A stretch of 64,000 bases of DNA. Origin: a virus. Lineage: Duplodnaviria; Caudoviricetes. This document shows, in pieces, positions 37,590 to 45,615 of the stretch (position 1 is the stretch's first letter; the number at the start of each line of letters is the position of its first letter). The translations under genes and the position numbers were made by a program. The stretch is taken from positions 64,001 through 128,000 of the IMG/VR virus record IMGVR_UViG_3300027689_000001, one strand, 5' to 3'. The notes below the pieces were generated by a model, which did not search any database, had not been told where the DNA came from, and was given only the letters and a program-made list of their open reading frames with translations.

Positions 37590-38104
37590 TACTTCTTTTT
37601 CTTTTCTTTCGCCATCGCGTCAACTGCTTCCTTGTTCTCGTTTATCCAACGTTGAAGTTCCGTTAGTTGGACCGAGTTGGATTGGCAGATGGCGTAGTTG
37701 CGGATGATTCCGATGAGGGCATCAGTGTCTTTAATTGCTGAGGGGGACGCATCAGAACTTCTGGTGGCGTCGGCATCACTGGCACTGGCACTAATGTCGT
37801 GCGTGAACACCCAGCCGTTAGACATAACAGACTGACTAGGAACATTGTCTTTAGCGGCATCAACATAAACATATTCTTTCTCTCTAATTGTGTTTGTTCT
37901 ATCAACATATTCAGTAACTACATTATTACTAATCTCTGAATTCTTTCTCTCTAGTTCTGCAACTTGTTCACTTGCTCTAGCAGAGAATCTAGCAAGTTCT
38001 GCATCAGCATAAGCAGATCCCTTCATGTATCCATAAACAAAAACACCAAGTATTAAGGCAGCACCTGCTAGTAACTTATATGGTAATGGGATCATACCGA
38101 ACAT
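37589..38104 (-). CDS. inner-membrane spanin (Rz-like)
   Basis: N-terminal TM followed by a coiled coil; has an embedded lipoprotein gene; AAGGA RBS before ATG 38104. Confidence 0.85.
   Translation of the reverse strand: MFGMIPLPYKLLAGAALILGVFVYGYMKGSAYADAELARFSARASEQVAELERKNSEISNNVVTEYVDRTNTIREKEYVYVDAAKDNVPSQSVMSNGWVFTHDISASASDADATRSSDASPSAIKDTDALIGIIRNYAICQSNSVQLTELQRWINENKEAVDAMAKEKKKK
37663..37872 (-). CDS. outer-membrane spanin (Rz1-like), embedded
   Basis: Lipobox LTAGC followed by Pro-rich VPVPVMPTPPEVLMRPP, in an alternate frame; start could be 37872 or 37860. Confidence 0.85.
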   Translation of the reverse strand: MFMLMPLKTMFLVSLLCLTAGCSRTTLVPVPVMPTPPEVLMRPPQQLKTLMPSSESSATTPSANPTRSN

Positions 38105-38114
38105 ATTTAATTCC

Positions 38115-38363
38115 TTATTCTTCTTCAGATTTCTTAGTTGGTTTCTTAGGAGCGAACTTCTCAACTCCAGTAATACCAAGAGTACCGATAACAATATACA
38201 TTACACCGTTAAAGATAAACTCTTCAATGGTGAAGTCCCAGAATAGATTTGCAATGTAACCGATAGCAATAAGTAGAGTAGCAACAACTGCTACCATGCG
38301 CTTAGAGGACGGATTGCCATTTTCTGACATCATATCTTTAATGTATGTTAGAAATTTACCCAT
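38115..38363 (-). CDS. holin-like 2-TM protein
   Basis: SSKR, 2 TMs and a basic tail; adjacent to the spanins. Confidence 0.7.
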   Translation of the reverse strand: MGKFLTYIKDMMSENGNPSSKRMVAVVATLLIAIGYIANLFWDFTIEEFIFNGVMYIVIGTLGITGVEKFAPKKPTKKSEEE

Positions 38364-38369
38364 GGGTTA

Positions 38370-39830
38370 TTACCTTTTTAATTTGACTTTACCAGCAAGA
38401 ATTCCAACCCTTGAACGATCCATAATGCTTTTTGATTCTGCATCGGAGAAGTTGGAACCGAGATGATGTTTGTATGTCTTTTCGTCGCCTGATGCTGCTG
38501 CGTTGCGCATCTTTGTTCCTGACATACCATGTGAACGGTTTTCGTCTTTTGGATAATGGATTTCTACTCTATGTGGTTTCTCACCATTAAGTTCGGGAAT
38601 CTTACCAGATTCAATTGAGTTCTTTAGACGTTCCGCCATTTCCTTGCGATCGTGTCCGAAGTGAAGATGTAATACTTTCTTTGGACCGCTCAACGAATGA
38701 AATGCACGACCTACCGTTTGACCAGCAGACTTTTCGACCTTGAATTCAGCAGCACCGTTTGACTGTTTATTGGCAATATGTTCTCTTTCTTTATCAGAAA
38801 ACACATCTGACTTACCAGACAAACCAACATGCTTCTTACCAGCACCCATTCCGCCAACAACATCAATATGATGACCCATATGAGTATGAGGGGATGCCCC
38901 CATAAATGCTACGTGAGCATGCTGTTCTGCTTCTTCCTCAATGTATGATTCGTTAGCACGATCACTAACACCGAGATGACTGCGTAGATGCTCGAGAGCA
39001 GAACCGTGGTCCATACCTTTCTTGGTAGCAACACCTGCTTTAAACTTGTCATATATTTCTTGGTGTTGTGACTTTGGAATATGCTTCTTGATTAATTCTG
39101 CCACACCCTTAAATGAATCAATCTTTTTGTGTTCTGCAGTAGCACCAAATAGTTGTTTCGATATCTCATCTGGATGCTGCACACCAATATCTTTATCATC
39201 TGTTCTAGAACGCAGACCATGTGAGATCGAAAACTTATGAGTCGATCCTGCTGCTGCATTGATAAGCATCTTGTGATGCACACCTTTAATACCTGCCTTG
39301 GTATCTTCCCAGTTAGAAGAATGTAGGAACCTATCAGTTTCAGATCCTGGATTATGCACACCTTCGAAGTCGAATTGATGGTGTTCACCATTCTCGTGGC
39401 GCATTACTGCAGAGATTTCGTTACCGTGTTTCTTAGTTCCTGCTACGGTATAGTTACCAAATTTCTTACCTGTTGCTAGAGTTGATGCTAGTTTGTCTTT
39501 ATGATCGTGACTGACCTGAACGTCGACATCGCCGACATGTGGTTTATATCTAGCAAATTCGTGGTCGTCAATATGATTTCCCATGAAATCACGCGAAGAA
39601 CCTGAATAGACGTGACCTGTCTTCAGGTGAGTTTTATCTGCACCAAACAGATGTTCGCCATGCTCTTTGTGAAACGCATCGTGTACTTTACTCAGCGCTG
39701 TGTGAACATCTGTTCTGCGCACTGCTCTGGTATCATGTTGGATTGGAAATGGAGCAGCAGAAGTTTCTTGCCCCTTTGGTCCAACTTTGATATTTCCACC
39801 CTCGTTTAGAAAGAACTTAAAACTTTTCAT
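38370..39830 (-). CDS. Pol-beta-type nucleotidyltransferase fused to HIGH-type (cytidylyltransferase/NMNAT-like) domain
   Basis: Start MKSFKFFLNE; SGSS...GDVDV...QFD; then HMGH, GHDR and MSGTKMR. Confidence 0.7.
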   Translation of the reverse strand: MKSFKFFLNEGGNIKVGPKGQETSAAPFPIQHDTRAVRRTDVHTALSKVHDAFHKEHGEHLFGADKTHLKTGHVYSGSSRDFMGNHIDDHEFARYKPHVGDVDVQVSHDHKDKLASTLATGKKFGNYTVAGTKKHGNEISAVMRHENGEHHQFDFEGVHNPGSETDRFLHSSNWEDTKAGIKGVHHKMLINAAAGSTHKFSISHGLRSRTDDKDIGVQHPDEISKQLFGATAEHKKIDSFKGVAELIKKHIPKSQHQEIYDKFKAGVATKKGMDHGSALEHLRSHLGVSDRANESYIEEEAEQHAHVAFMGASPHTHMGHHIDVVGGMGAGKKHVGLSGKSDVFSDKEREHIANKQSNGAAEFKVEKSAGQTVGRAFHSLSGPKKVLHLHFGHDRKEMAERLKNSIESGKIPELNGEKPHRVEIHYPKDENRSHGMSGTKMRNAAASGDEKTYKHHLGSNFSDAESKSIMDRSRVGILAGKVKLKR

Positions 39831-40791
39831 TATTTTTTCCAAACGATAGAGTAGAAGAAGATTTCGCTTCTTTGAATTTTGGATTGATTGCCTTGAAGCG
39901 AGTCGCCTCTGGGTTAGCAGGTGATGGGTGAACAACCAATCCTTCAGTACCAGATCCAAATTTGTTCTTGATTTTCTTTTCGCCAAGATGCGCAGAAACC
40001 TTAGCACTAACACGCTTTTTGATGTTATTAAACTTTTCAATCTCAGCGAGTTTTGCTTGTTTGTTCTTAGGAACTGTTCTGGTATTGATCAACTCATGAT
40101 TGAGTTTATGGAAATCTGCTACTTCATCTTTGACATCGACATGCGATGGCGTGTGCTTAATAATATCATGATCGAATTTTATATTATCATCCGACAAATT
40201 GTTCTTAAAGTGTTCAGGATCGTGTTGCTGATTCGTCGGCATCTTAGAGTGAATGATAAATGAACCTTGCTTACCCATTCCCTTCGTGGAATAGGAAGTA
40301 TGAACAAACTTCACTTCATCTTTCTTATCTCCAGGACGAGCGAGCGAGCGATTAAATGCTTCGCCGCTGACAGCAACTTCGCCATGCTTCTCATAATGTT
40401 TTGCCAGATGATTCTGCAGTGCGCTGTTTGAGTGTAGAGCATCGTGGAACTTAGACATTGCTGTTGGACCAGTAGGATCATATTCCTTACCAGTCTCAGA
40501 TGCTCTGCGTTTTGCTCGTTCAATATGTCCTGCACCAGTTCTAATTCGATCGCTACCAGAACCTGAGTGTTGTGTGTAGAATCCATTTTCGTCATGCCCA
40601 AACTTAAACGTTTGACCATCGGTCTTTTCAGTTACATGATGGATGTGGACTTTACCGCCTTGAGTAGTTTTCTCAAACTCATGCGTAGACAGCGACGGAG
40701 TTTGTCCACCTGCAGGTGTCGGTGAGGAATGCAGGTGTGGGAGACCCTGTCGGATAGATGCTTCAGAGAGATATTGGGTAAATGATAACAT
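39817..40791 (-). CDS. RNA-ligase-like covalent nucleotidyltransferase
   Basis: Start MLSFTQYLSE; motifs I TEKTDG, III SGEAF, IV EGLVV, V RFKAI. Confidence 0.72.
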   Translation of the reverse strand: MLSFTQYLSEASIRQGLPHLHSSPTPAGGQTPSLSTHEFEKTTQGGKVHIHHVTEKTDGQTFKFGHDENGFYTQHSGSGSDRIRTGAGHIERAKRRASETGKEYDPTGPTAMSKFHDALHSNSALQNHLAKHYEKHGEVAVSGEAFNRSLARPGDKKDEVKFVHTSYSTKGMGKQGSFIIHSKMPTNQQHDPEHFKNNLSDDNIKFDHDIIKHTPSHVDVKDEVADFHKLNHELINTRTVPKNKQAKLAEIEKFNNIKKRVSAKVSAHLGEKKIKNKFGSGTEGLVVHPSPANPEATRFKAINPKFKEAKSSSTLSFGKNNEKF

Positions 40792-40816
40792 GGGATTCCT
40801 GTTCAAAGTATCTCTC

Positions 40817-40824
40817 TATTTATA
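40817..40824 (-). promoter_or_regulatory. T4 late promoter
   Basis: TATAAATA. Confidence 0.85.
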
Positions 40825-40826
40825 AT

Positions 40827-40926
40827 AAAAATGCCTACGTTACTCCGACTTTTACTATGTTTTCTCGCTAAGAGAATGTGTTTACTACGGGTACACCGTT
40901 GGTAATCGGTAGGCAATCACCGTTAG
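40827..40926 (-). ncRNA. candidate late small structured RNA
   Basis: AATAAATA at 40927-40934; closing stem TGCCTAC/GTAGGCA followed by TTTTT; two internal hairpins. Confidence 0.45.
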
Positions 40927-40932
40927 TATTTA

Positions 40933-41634
40933 TTAAAACACTTTTTTCCAAGGGAAGTTTATACGAGATGGAACTCTTTCTATTGTATTTGGATCAAATT
41001 TTCTTGTATAGAATATCATCTTCTCATCATCATATACTGGGATGGTAGCAGTATCATCAATGACCCCCTTTCTACCACCACGACGACAAGTAAGAACCAC
41101 CCAGTCAAGATTTACTTTTTCACTTATATCGGCAAGTCTGCCTAAGAATTCTCGGTCACCAAAATGAAATGGAACCCACGATTCATCATAACCCTCAGAT
41201 TCCACAAACAGTTTCTTTGAGATAACAAACTGATTGAGTGCAACATAGGGATCACCGCGACCTTTGTAGCGAGCATTAATCTCATACAATTTCAGAGGAT
41301 CAAGTTCTTCTGTTTGCAATCTGCGCAGTTCAGAGGGTTGGATTGTATAATCAATATCAAGGAACAACAACCACTCAGTATTAGCAAGCATGGCACCAAG
41401 ATTGCGGCAACCATGACTGTTGAATCCAATATCCTTGGTGACTTTATATACTGAGAGATCTATGTTGTCTGAAAATGTAACACCCCGAAAGACTTCCTCG
41501 GCGGGAACCTCTTGGGATCCATCGTCGATTAGGATAATCTTGATCGGGGTGTTGTAAACGTTCCATCTCTCGATTTGTGTCTCGAGAAGTGTTCGGTCGT
41601 TATAGTAAGTATGGATTATTGTGAATTGGTTCAT
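40933..41634 (-). CDS. glycosyltransferase family 2
   Basis: ILIDDGS, RNLG, FLDID and GYDE motifs. Confidence 0.88.
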   Translation of the reverse strand: MNQFTIIHTYYNDRTLLETQIERWNVYNTPIKIILIDDGSQEVPAEEVFRGVTFSDNIDLSVYKVTKDIGFNSHGCRNLGAMLANTEWLLFLDIDYTIQPSELRRLQTEELDPLKLYEINARYKGRGDPYVALNQFVISKKLFVESEGYDESWVPFHFGDREFLGRLADISEKVNLDWVVLTCRRGGRKGVIDDTATIPVYDDEKMIFYTRKFDPNTIERVPSRINFPWKKVF

Positions 41635-42002
41635 CCAACGATCTGTTGGAGTTCCGCACTTGCATCAATTTCGGTTAGATCGATGGCGGGAAATTCAACC
41701 TGCTCAGTTAGACTATACTGAAGATACTCATTATGAGTAAGATTCTGATCCAGATACAGTTGCCACCCCGAGAGAGTTTCGTGGAACTGCTTAGTATGAG
41801 TTTCGATAAGGTGGCGTTTTGATTCACATGCCTTGCCGAGTTCTTCGAGAGTTGGTTCAGCGGTGAACCGAGCAATGACATATTCCTTGGCACCAACTGT
41901 TTTCCAAAGTGGCATATCATCAGTCGCAGAGTTTGCCCAGAGGGAGGTCGTTACAACCAACTTGAGATTTAGTTCTTCATTAGTTACTTCAGTCATATTC
42001 AT
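41631..42002 (-). CDS. hypothetical protein
   Basis: AAGGA RBS; ATGA overlap. Confidence 0.75.
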   Translation of the reverse strand: MNMTEVTNEELNLKLVVTTSLWANSATDDMPLWKTVGAKEYVIARFTAEPTLEELGKACESKRHLIETHTKQFHETLSGWQLYLDQNLTHNEYLQYSLTEQVEFPAIDLTEIDASAELQQIVG

Positions 42003-42013
42003 TCCTTAAAAAA

Positions 42014-42090
42014 TGGTGATACCAGTAGGATTCGAACCTACGACCTAGAGCTTAGAAGGCTCTTGCTCTATCCAGCTGAGCTATGGCACC
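42014..42090 (-). tRNA. tRNA-Arg(TCT)
   Basis: AGAGC-CTTCTAA-GCTCT; GGTTCGAATCC; CCA. Confidence 0.96.
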
Positions 42091-42099
42091 AATGGGTAT

Positions 42100-42381
42100 T
42101 TAGGCACGGATTTTATATTCACGAAACAAAACTGACTTCGCAAAATCTTCCTCGAAATTAGGATGACGTTCAGCGTAGGCAATTTTTCGCTCGGCGATTG
42201 GAACTTCTTTCAGAGCCTGACACTTCTCGTTACGATCATCAGAACGTTGAGCGATCAGGTTCAAAATAAAAAGATTATATTGGTGACCAACCCAAGCGCC
42301 ATTGGCATTAAATTTATTATAATTAAAAACACCCTTACCGATTTTAGCATTACCGTCATCGTAAAAAATAGCCATGTTCAA
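42100..42381 (-). CDS. early hypothetical protein
   Basis: Own promoter; AAGGA RBS. Confidence 0.7.
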   Translation of the reverse strand: MNMAIFYDDGNAKIGKGVFNYNKFNANGAWVGHQYNLFILNLIAQRSDDRNEKCQALKEVPIAERKIAYAERHPNFEEDFAKSVLFREYKIRA

Positions 42382-42401
42382 TTTCCTTTCATTGAGTATT
42401 A

Positions 42402-42430
42402 CTTATACCGCACTTGAAAGGAAAAGTCAA
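42402..42430 (-). promoter_or_regulatory. sigma70-type promoter
   Basis: TTGACT-17 nt-TATAAG. Confidence 0.7.
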
Positions 42431-42437
42431 GTGTTTT

Positions 42438-43010
42438 TTATCGAACATCTACCTTTTCTGGAAAGTCAAACCAACCAGTAGCGATATACTTATTTCCGAC
42501 AAGATCACGTGCTGCGCGATGAGAATGAGTATATGCTGCTGGCCAAATAAGCAAAGTTCCTGCCTCTGGTTTAATTGCTAGGTCTTGGTATTTAAACTCG
42601 GTCTTGCCACCTTCATCCACAGTGTTTAGATATAACATCCAGACACCAAACCTACCTCTGTGTTTCCCAGAACCCTGTTCAGAATGCCATACATGAAACC
42701 CTCCACCAGTTTCTGATTTCTGAAATTTCCATCCAGGATTGAAGACTTCTAAGAATGCTCGACCAGCAGCGCCATACTGCTTGTTGTACTGTCTCCAACC
42801 AGCATGGACTGCATCAATAACAGAATCTTCGGATGATTTCAAAGAACCATATCTACCAGTAAAGATGTTCCAGTCTGTTCTGGATGCATCATCTGATAAA
42901 ATGCAGGAATCACCTGGATCTGGACGAAAGATGATATCGTCCATTCTGTCACAGACTTGCTGACACTTTTCGATGCTTAGAGCATTAGGGTATGATTCGA
43001 TAAAATTCAT
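42438..43010 (-). CDS. 2OG-Fe(II) oxygenase
   Basis: WHSE, YLN...GG.TEF, WPA..TH.HR and KYIATGW motifs. Confidence 0.9.
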   Translation of the reverse strand: MNFIESYPNALSIEKCQQVCDRMDDIIFRPDPGDSCILSDDASRTDWNIFTGRYGSLKSSEDSVIDAVHAGWRQYNKQYGAAGRAFLEVFNPGWKFQKSETGGGFHVWHSEQGSGKHRGRFGVWMLYLNTVDEGGKTEFKYQDLAIKPEAGTLLIWPAAYTHSHRAARDLVGNKYIATGWFDFPEKVDVR

Positions 43011-44401
43011 TAGAAGTTAAACTTTGACATGTCTCGTTGACGTTGACCGATTGTGGTTTTCTCGAACACTGGTAGATCGTCTTGACCTGAATCCATAATT
43101 CCCTTTTGGGCAGATTCTTCTAAATCATACAGACGCATCTTACCACGATCGATACCAACCATGAACCTCTTATTTAGTCCTGGATCATTGTAGCGATTTT
43201 TCAACTGCTTGACCATTAGTTGCCCCATTTTCTCGAGTTCTTCAGTAGAGATGAGAGCAAACATCAAGTCGGCAGTTGCTGGCAGACCGAAAGACTCAGA
43301 AGTATCAGTAATATCGACATCACTGTTAGCATAACCACCACGAGTTGTTTGAGTGGCAGACATAATAGGAAGATCAAACTCGACCGCAAACCCACGAAGT
43401 TCTTCAGCAATCGCTTTCACATATGTGTATGAGTTTACACCTGCTCCTGGCTTGAACCTACTCGACGCACAGATGTTAAGATAATCGACGAACACAATAT
43501 CTGGAGCAAAGTTGCGCTTCAACATCAACTCATTTAGTAGTGCCTTGAAATGTCCAACGTGCGCACTGGCAGTGGGATATTCCTTAACAATCAACTTACC
43601 CTCAGTTTTATTTCGAATTTTCTCGATACGATTGTCGAACATAGACTTAGAAAGATCCTTCAACTCACCAATGTTTACATTCATCATGTTTGCATCGATA
43701 CGTTCAGCAATCTTTTCTTCACTCATTTCTAGAGTGATATAAAGAACATTCTTACCCTGTGCCAATGCTCCTGCTGCCATATGACACATAAACAAAGACT
43801 TACCAACACCAGTACCAGCGAGTGCGATATTCAGAGTCTTATTGGGAAGTCCACCATCAGTAATCTTATTAAACATTTCAAGATCGAATGGCAGTTTATT
43901 TTCTTTGCGATGATAGAATTCGAATCGAGCATCAGAATTGAGAAGATAATCGTGACCAACGTTATTATCGAAACAAATCCCGAGTGCTTCCTGTAGAATG
44001 GAAGGGATACCATCCTGAGAATGCTCTTTGTCTCCGCCATCAATAATCTGAATAGACTTCATGATTGCATTATAGACTGCTTTGTCCTTACAGAACTTCT
44101 CAGTTTCCTCGAGCAACCAACTAGAATTAACTTCAAGATCTGAATCCATTTGAGTCAATTTCTCGTTTAGATTCTTAAACTCATTTTCATTTACAGTAGT
44201 ATCATTTTGTGCGGCAATCTCAATCGCCTCAATAGTTGGGAGAGAATTATACTTGACAATGAACGCATTCATGTAGTTGAACAGTTTACGTTCAGAACTA
44301 TCATGGAAATATTCATCACGCAAGAAAGGAATAATCTTGCGAGTATAATCTTCGTCCGAGAACATTTTACTTAGAATTATTGTCTCAATCTTCTTCAACA
44401 A
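43010..44401 (-). CDS. gp41: replicative DNA helicase
   Basis: AGTGVGKS, VDYLNIC and SESFGLPATAD motifs. Confidence 0.97.
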   Translation of the reverse strand: MLKKIETIILSKMFSDEDYTRKIIPFLRDEYFHDSSERKLFNYMNAFIVKYNSLPTIEAIEIAAQNDTTVNENEFKNLNEKLTQMDSDLEVNSSWLLEETEKFCKDKAVYNAIMKSIQIIDGGDKEHSQDGIPSILQEALGICFDNNVGHDYLLNSDARFEFYHRKENKLPFDLEMFNKITDGGLPNKTLNIALAGTGVGKSLFMCHMAAGALAQGKNVLYITLEMSEEKIAERIDANMMNVNIGELKDLSKSMFDNRIEKIRNKTEGKLIVKEYPTASAHVGHFKALLNELMLKRNFAPDIVFVDYLNICASSRFKPGAGVNSYTYVKAIAEELRGFAVEFDLPIMSATQTTRGGYANSDVDITDTSESFGLPATADLMFALISTEELEKMGQLMVKQLKNRYNDPGLNKRFMVGIDRGKMRLYDLEESAQKGIMDSGQDDLPVFEKTTIGQRQRDMSKFNF

Positions 44402-44606
44402 TGTTTATATCCTCAAAATCAGGGTCATATTCAGCGCAAATCTTTTCACAGCATGGTTCACAAACGTATGTCTCGAAAGGAATACCATTTTCTTCACCAT
44501 GCAAACAGAGTGCGGGATCGTTTTTTATATCGATCCCGCATCCACAAGAGTTACAGGTTTTCGTAGTCTTCCGAAATATCTTCGTCAGAAATGTCCACAT
44601 TTTCAT
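44385..44606 (-). CDS. small Cys-rich protein
   Basis: CNSC...CEPC; bridges uvsX and gp41. Confidence 0.65.
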   Translation of the reverse strand: MKMWTFLTKIFRKTTKTCNSCGCGIDIKNDPALCLHGEENGIPFETYVCEPCCEKICAEYDPDFEDINIVEED

Positions 44607-45615
44607 TCTCCATCATTTGTCCACCTGCCATACGATAGCGACCTTCAATCCAATCAGCGAATGTCTTATCAGTAAGGACTGGCAACCAGAATTCCTTGTT
44701 ATATGTATCATTCAGGCGATACTTCTTTTCTTCATCAACTCGCTGATACCAACCATTACTAGGTTTAACCACGTGACCAGACTCAAGCGCCATGTCAAGT
44801 AGACCAGACCACTTACTGATACCACCTTCAAAGGTAACTTCAATTGGGATCTTTGACTTCTCACGAACGTAACGAGACTTCTCAACGTTGATGATAAAGT
44901 TGTAACCAACAACCTCAGTTCCAGTCTTTTCCTGCTGACGACCGATGATGAAGATGTTATCAGCGGAGTAGTAGATGCCCGTACCACCAGAGACGATTGC
45001 CTTGGGGAACATACCAATTTCCATATAAGTGTGATTGACCACGACCATAGGAATATCCTTGATGGTAAGATGTGGAGTAATCATACGGAACAGCGACTTC
45101 ATCTGCTTAGCACGAGTCATATCTGCAACCGACTTACCATCTAGGGCATCATCAACTTCTTTCTTAGAAGCAAGGTTACCAACCGAGTCAACAACAATCA
45201 TGACACGATCCTTGCGTTCAAGTTCATTGACTTGCTTCATGATATCATGCTTCAACTGCTCAATGTCAGTAATAGGAGTATGAATAACCTTGTTGGTATC
45301 AATACCAAAGTTCTCAAAGTAGGACTGCGGAGCACCAAACTCCGAGTCATAAAACAAGACAACACCATCGTCATACTTATCCAAGAAACTCTTGACTAGC
45401 ATCATCGCGAATGCAGTCTTAAAGTGCTTCGATGGACCAGCGAAGATGGTCAATCCTGGCGTTAGACCACCGTCCAACTTACCCGAAAGCGCAACGTTCA
45501 GCGCAGGAACTGCAGTCTGAATTAGATCCTTCGTACTAAACAACTTACTCTCAGAGAGAACATTAGTCTCTTTGATAGTGCTGTTCTTTTTAATTCTATC
45601 AATCAAATCGCTCAT
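44551..45615 (-). CDS. uvsX: RecA-like recombinase
   Basis: AGPSKHFKT, YDSEFG and DSVGNLAS motifs. Confidence 0.97.
   Translation of the reverse strand: MSDLIDRIKKNSTIKETNVLSESKLFSTKDLIQTAVPALNVALSGKLDGGLTPGLTIFAGPSKHFKTAFAMMLVKSFLDKYDDGVVLFYDSEFGAPQSYFENFGIDTNKVIHTPITDIEQLKHDIMKQVNELERKDRVMIVVDSVGNLASKKEVDDALDGKSVADMTRAKQMKSLFRMITPHLTIKDIPMVVVNHTYMEIGMFPKAIVSGGTGIYYSADNIFIIGRQQEKTGTEVVGYNFIINVEKSRYVREKSKIPIEVTFEGGISKWSGLLDMALESGHVVKPSNGWYQRVDEEKKYRLNDTYNKEFWLPVLTDKTFADWIEGRYRMAGGQMMENENVDISDEDISEDYENL

Noticed and set aside
38370-39830. CBASS/cGAS-like cyclase call for the Pol-beta domain
   Set aside because: No effector or Cap genes nearby; the motif supports only the superfamily.
39831-40040. 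N-terminal 70 aa of the tracked 556-aa ORF (similarly 38105-38194, 45616-45657, 49441-49494, 52084-52119)
   Set aside because: These extensions overlap upstream genes or leaders; better starts with an RBS or conserved N-terminus lie downstream.
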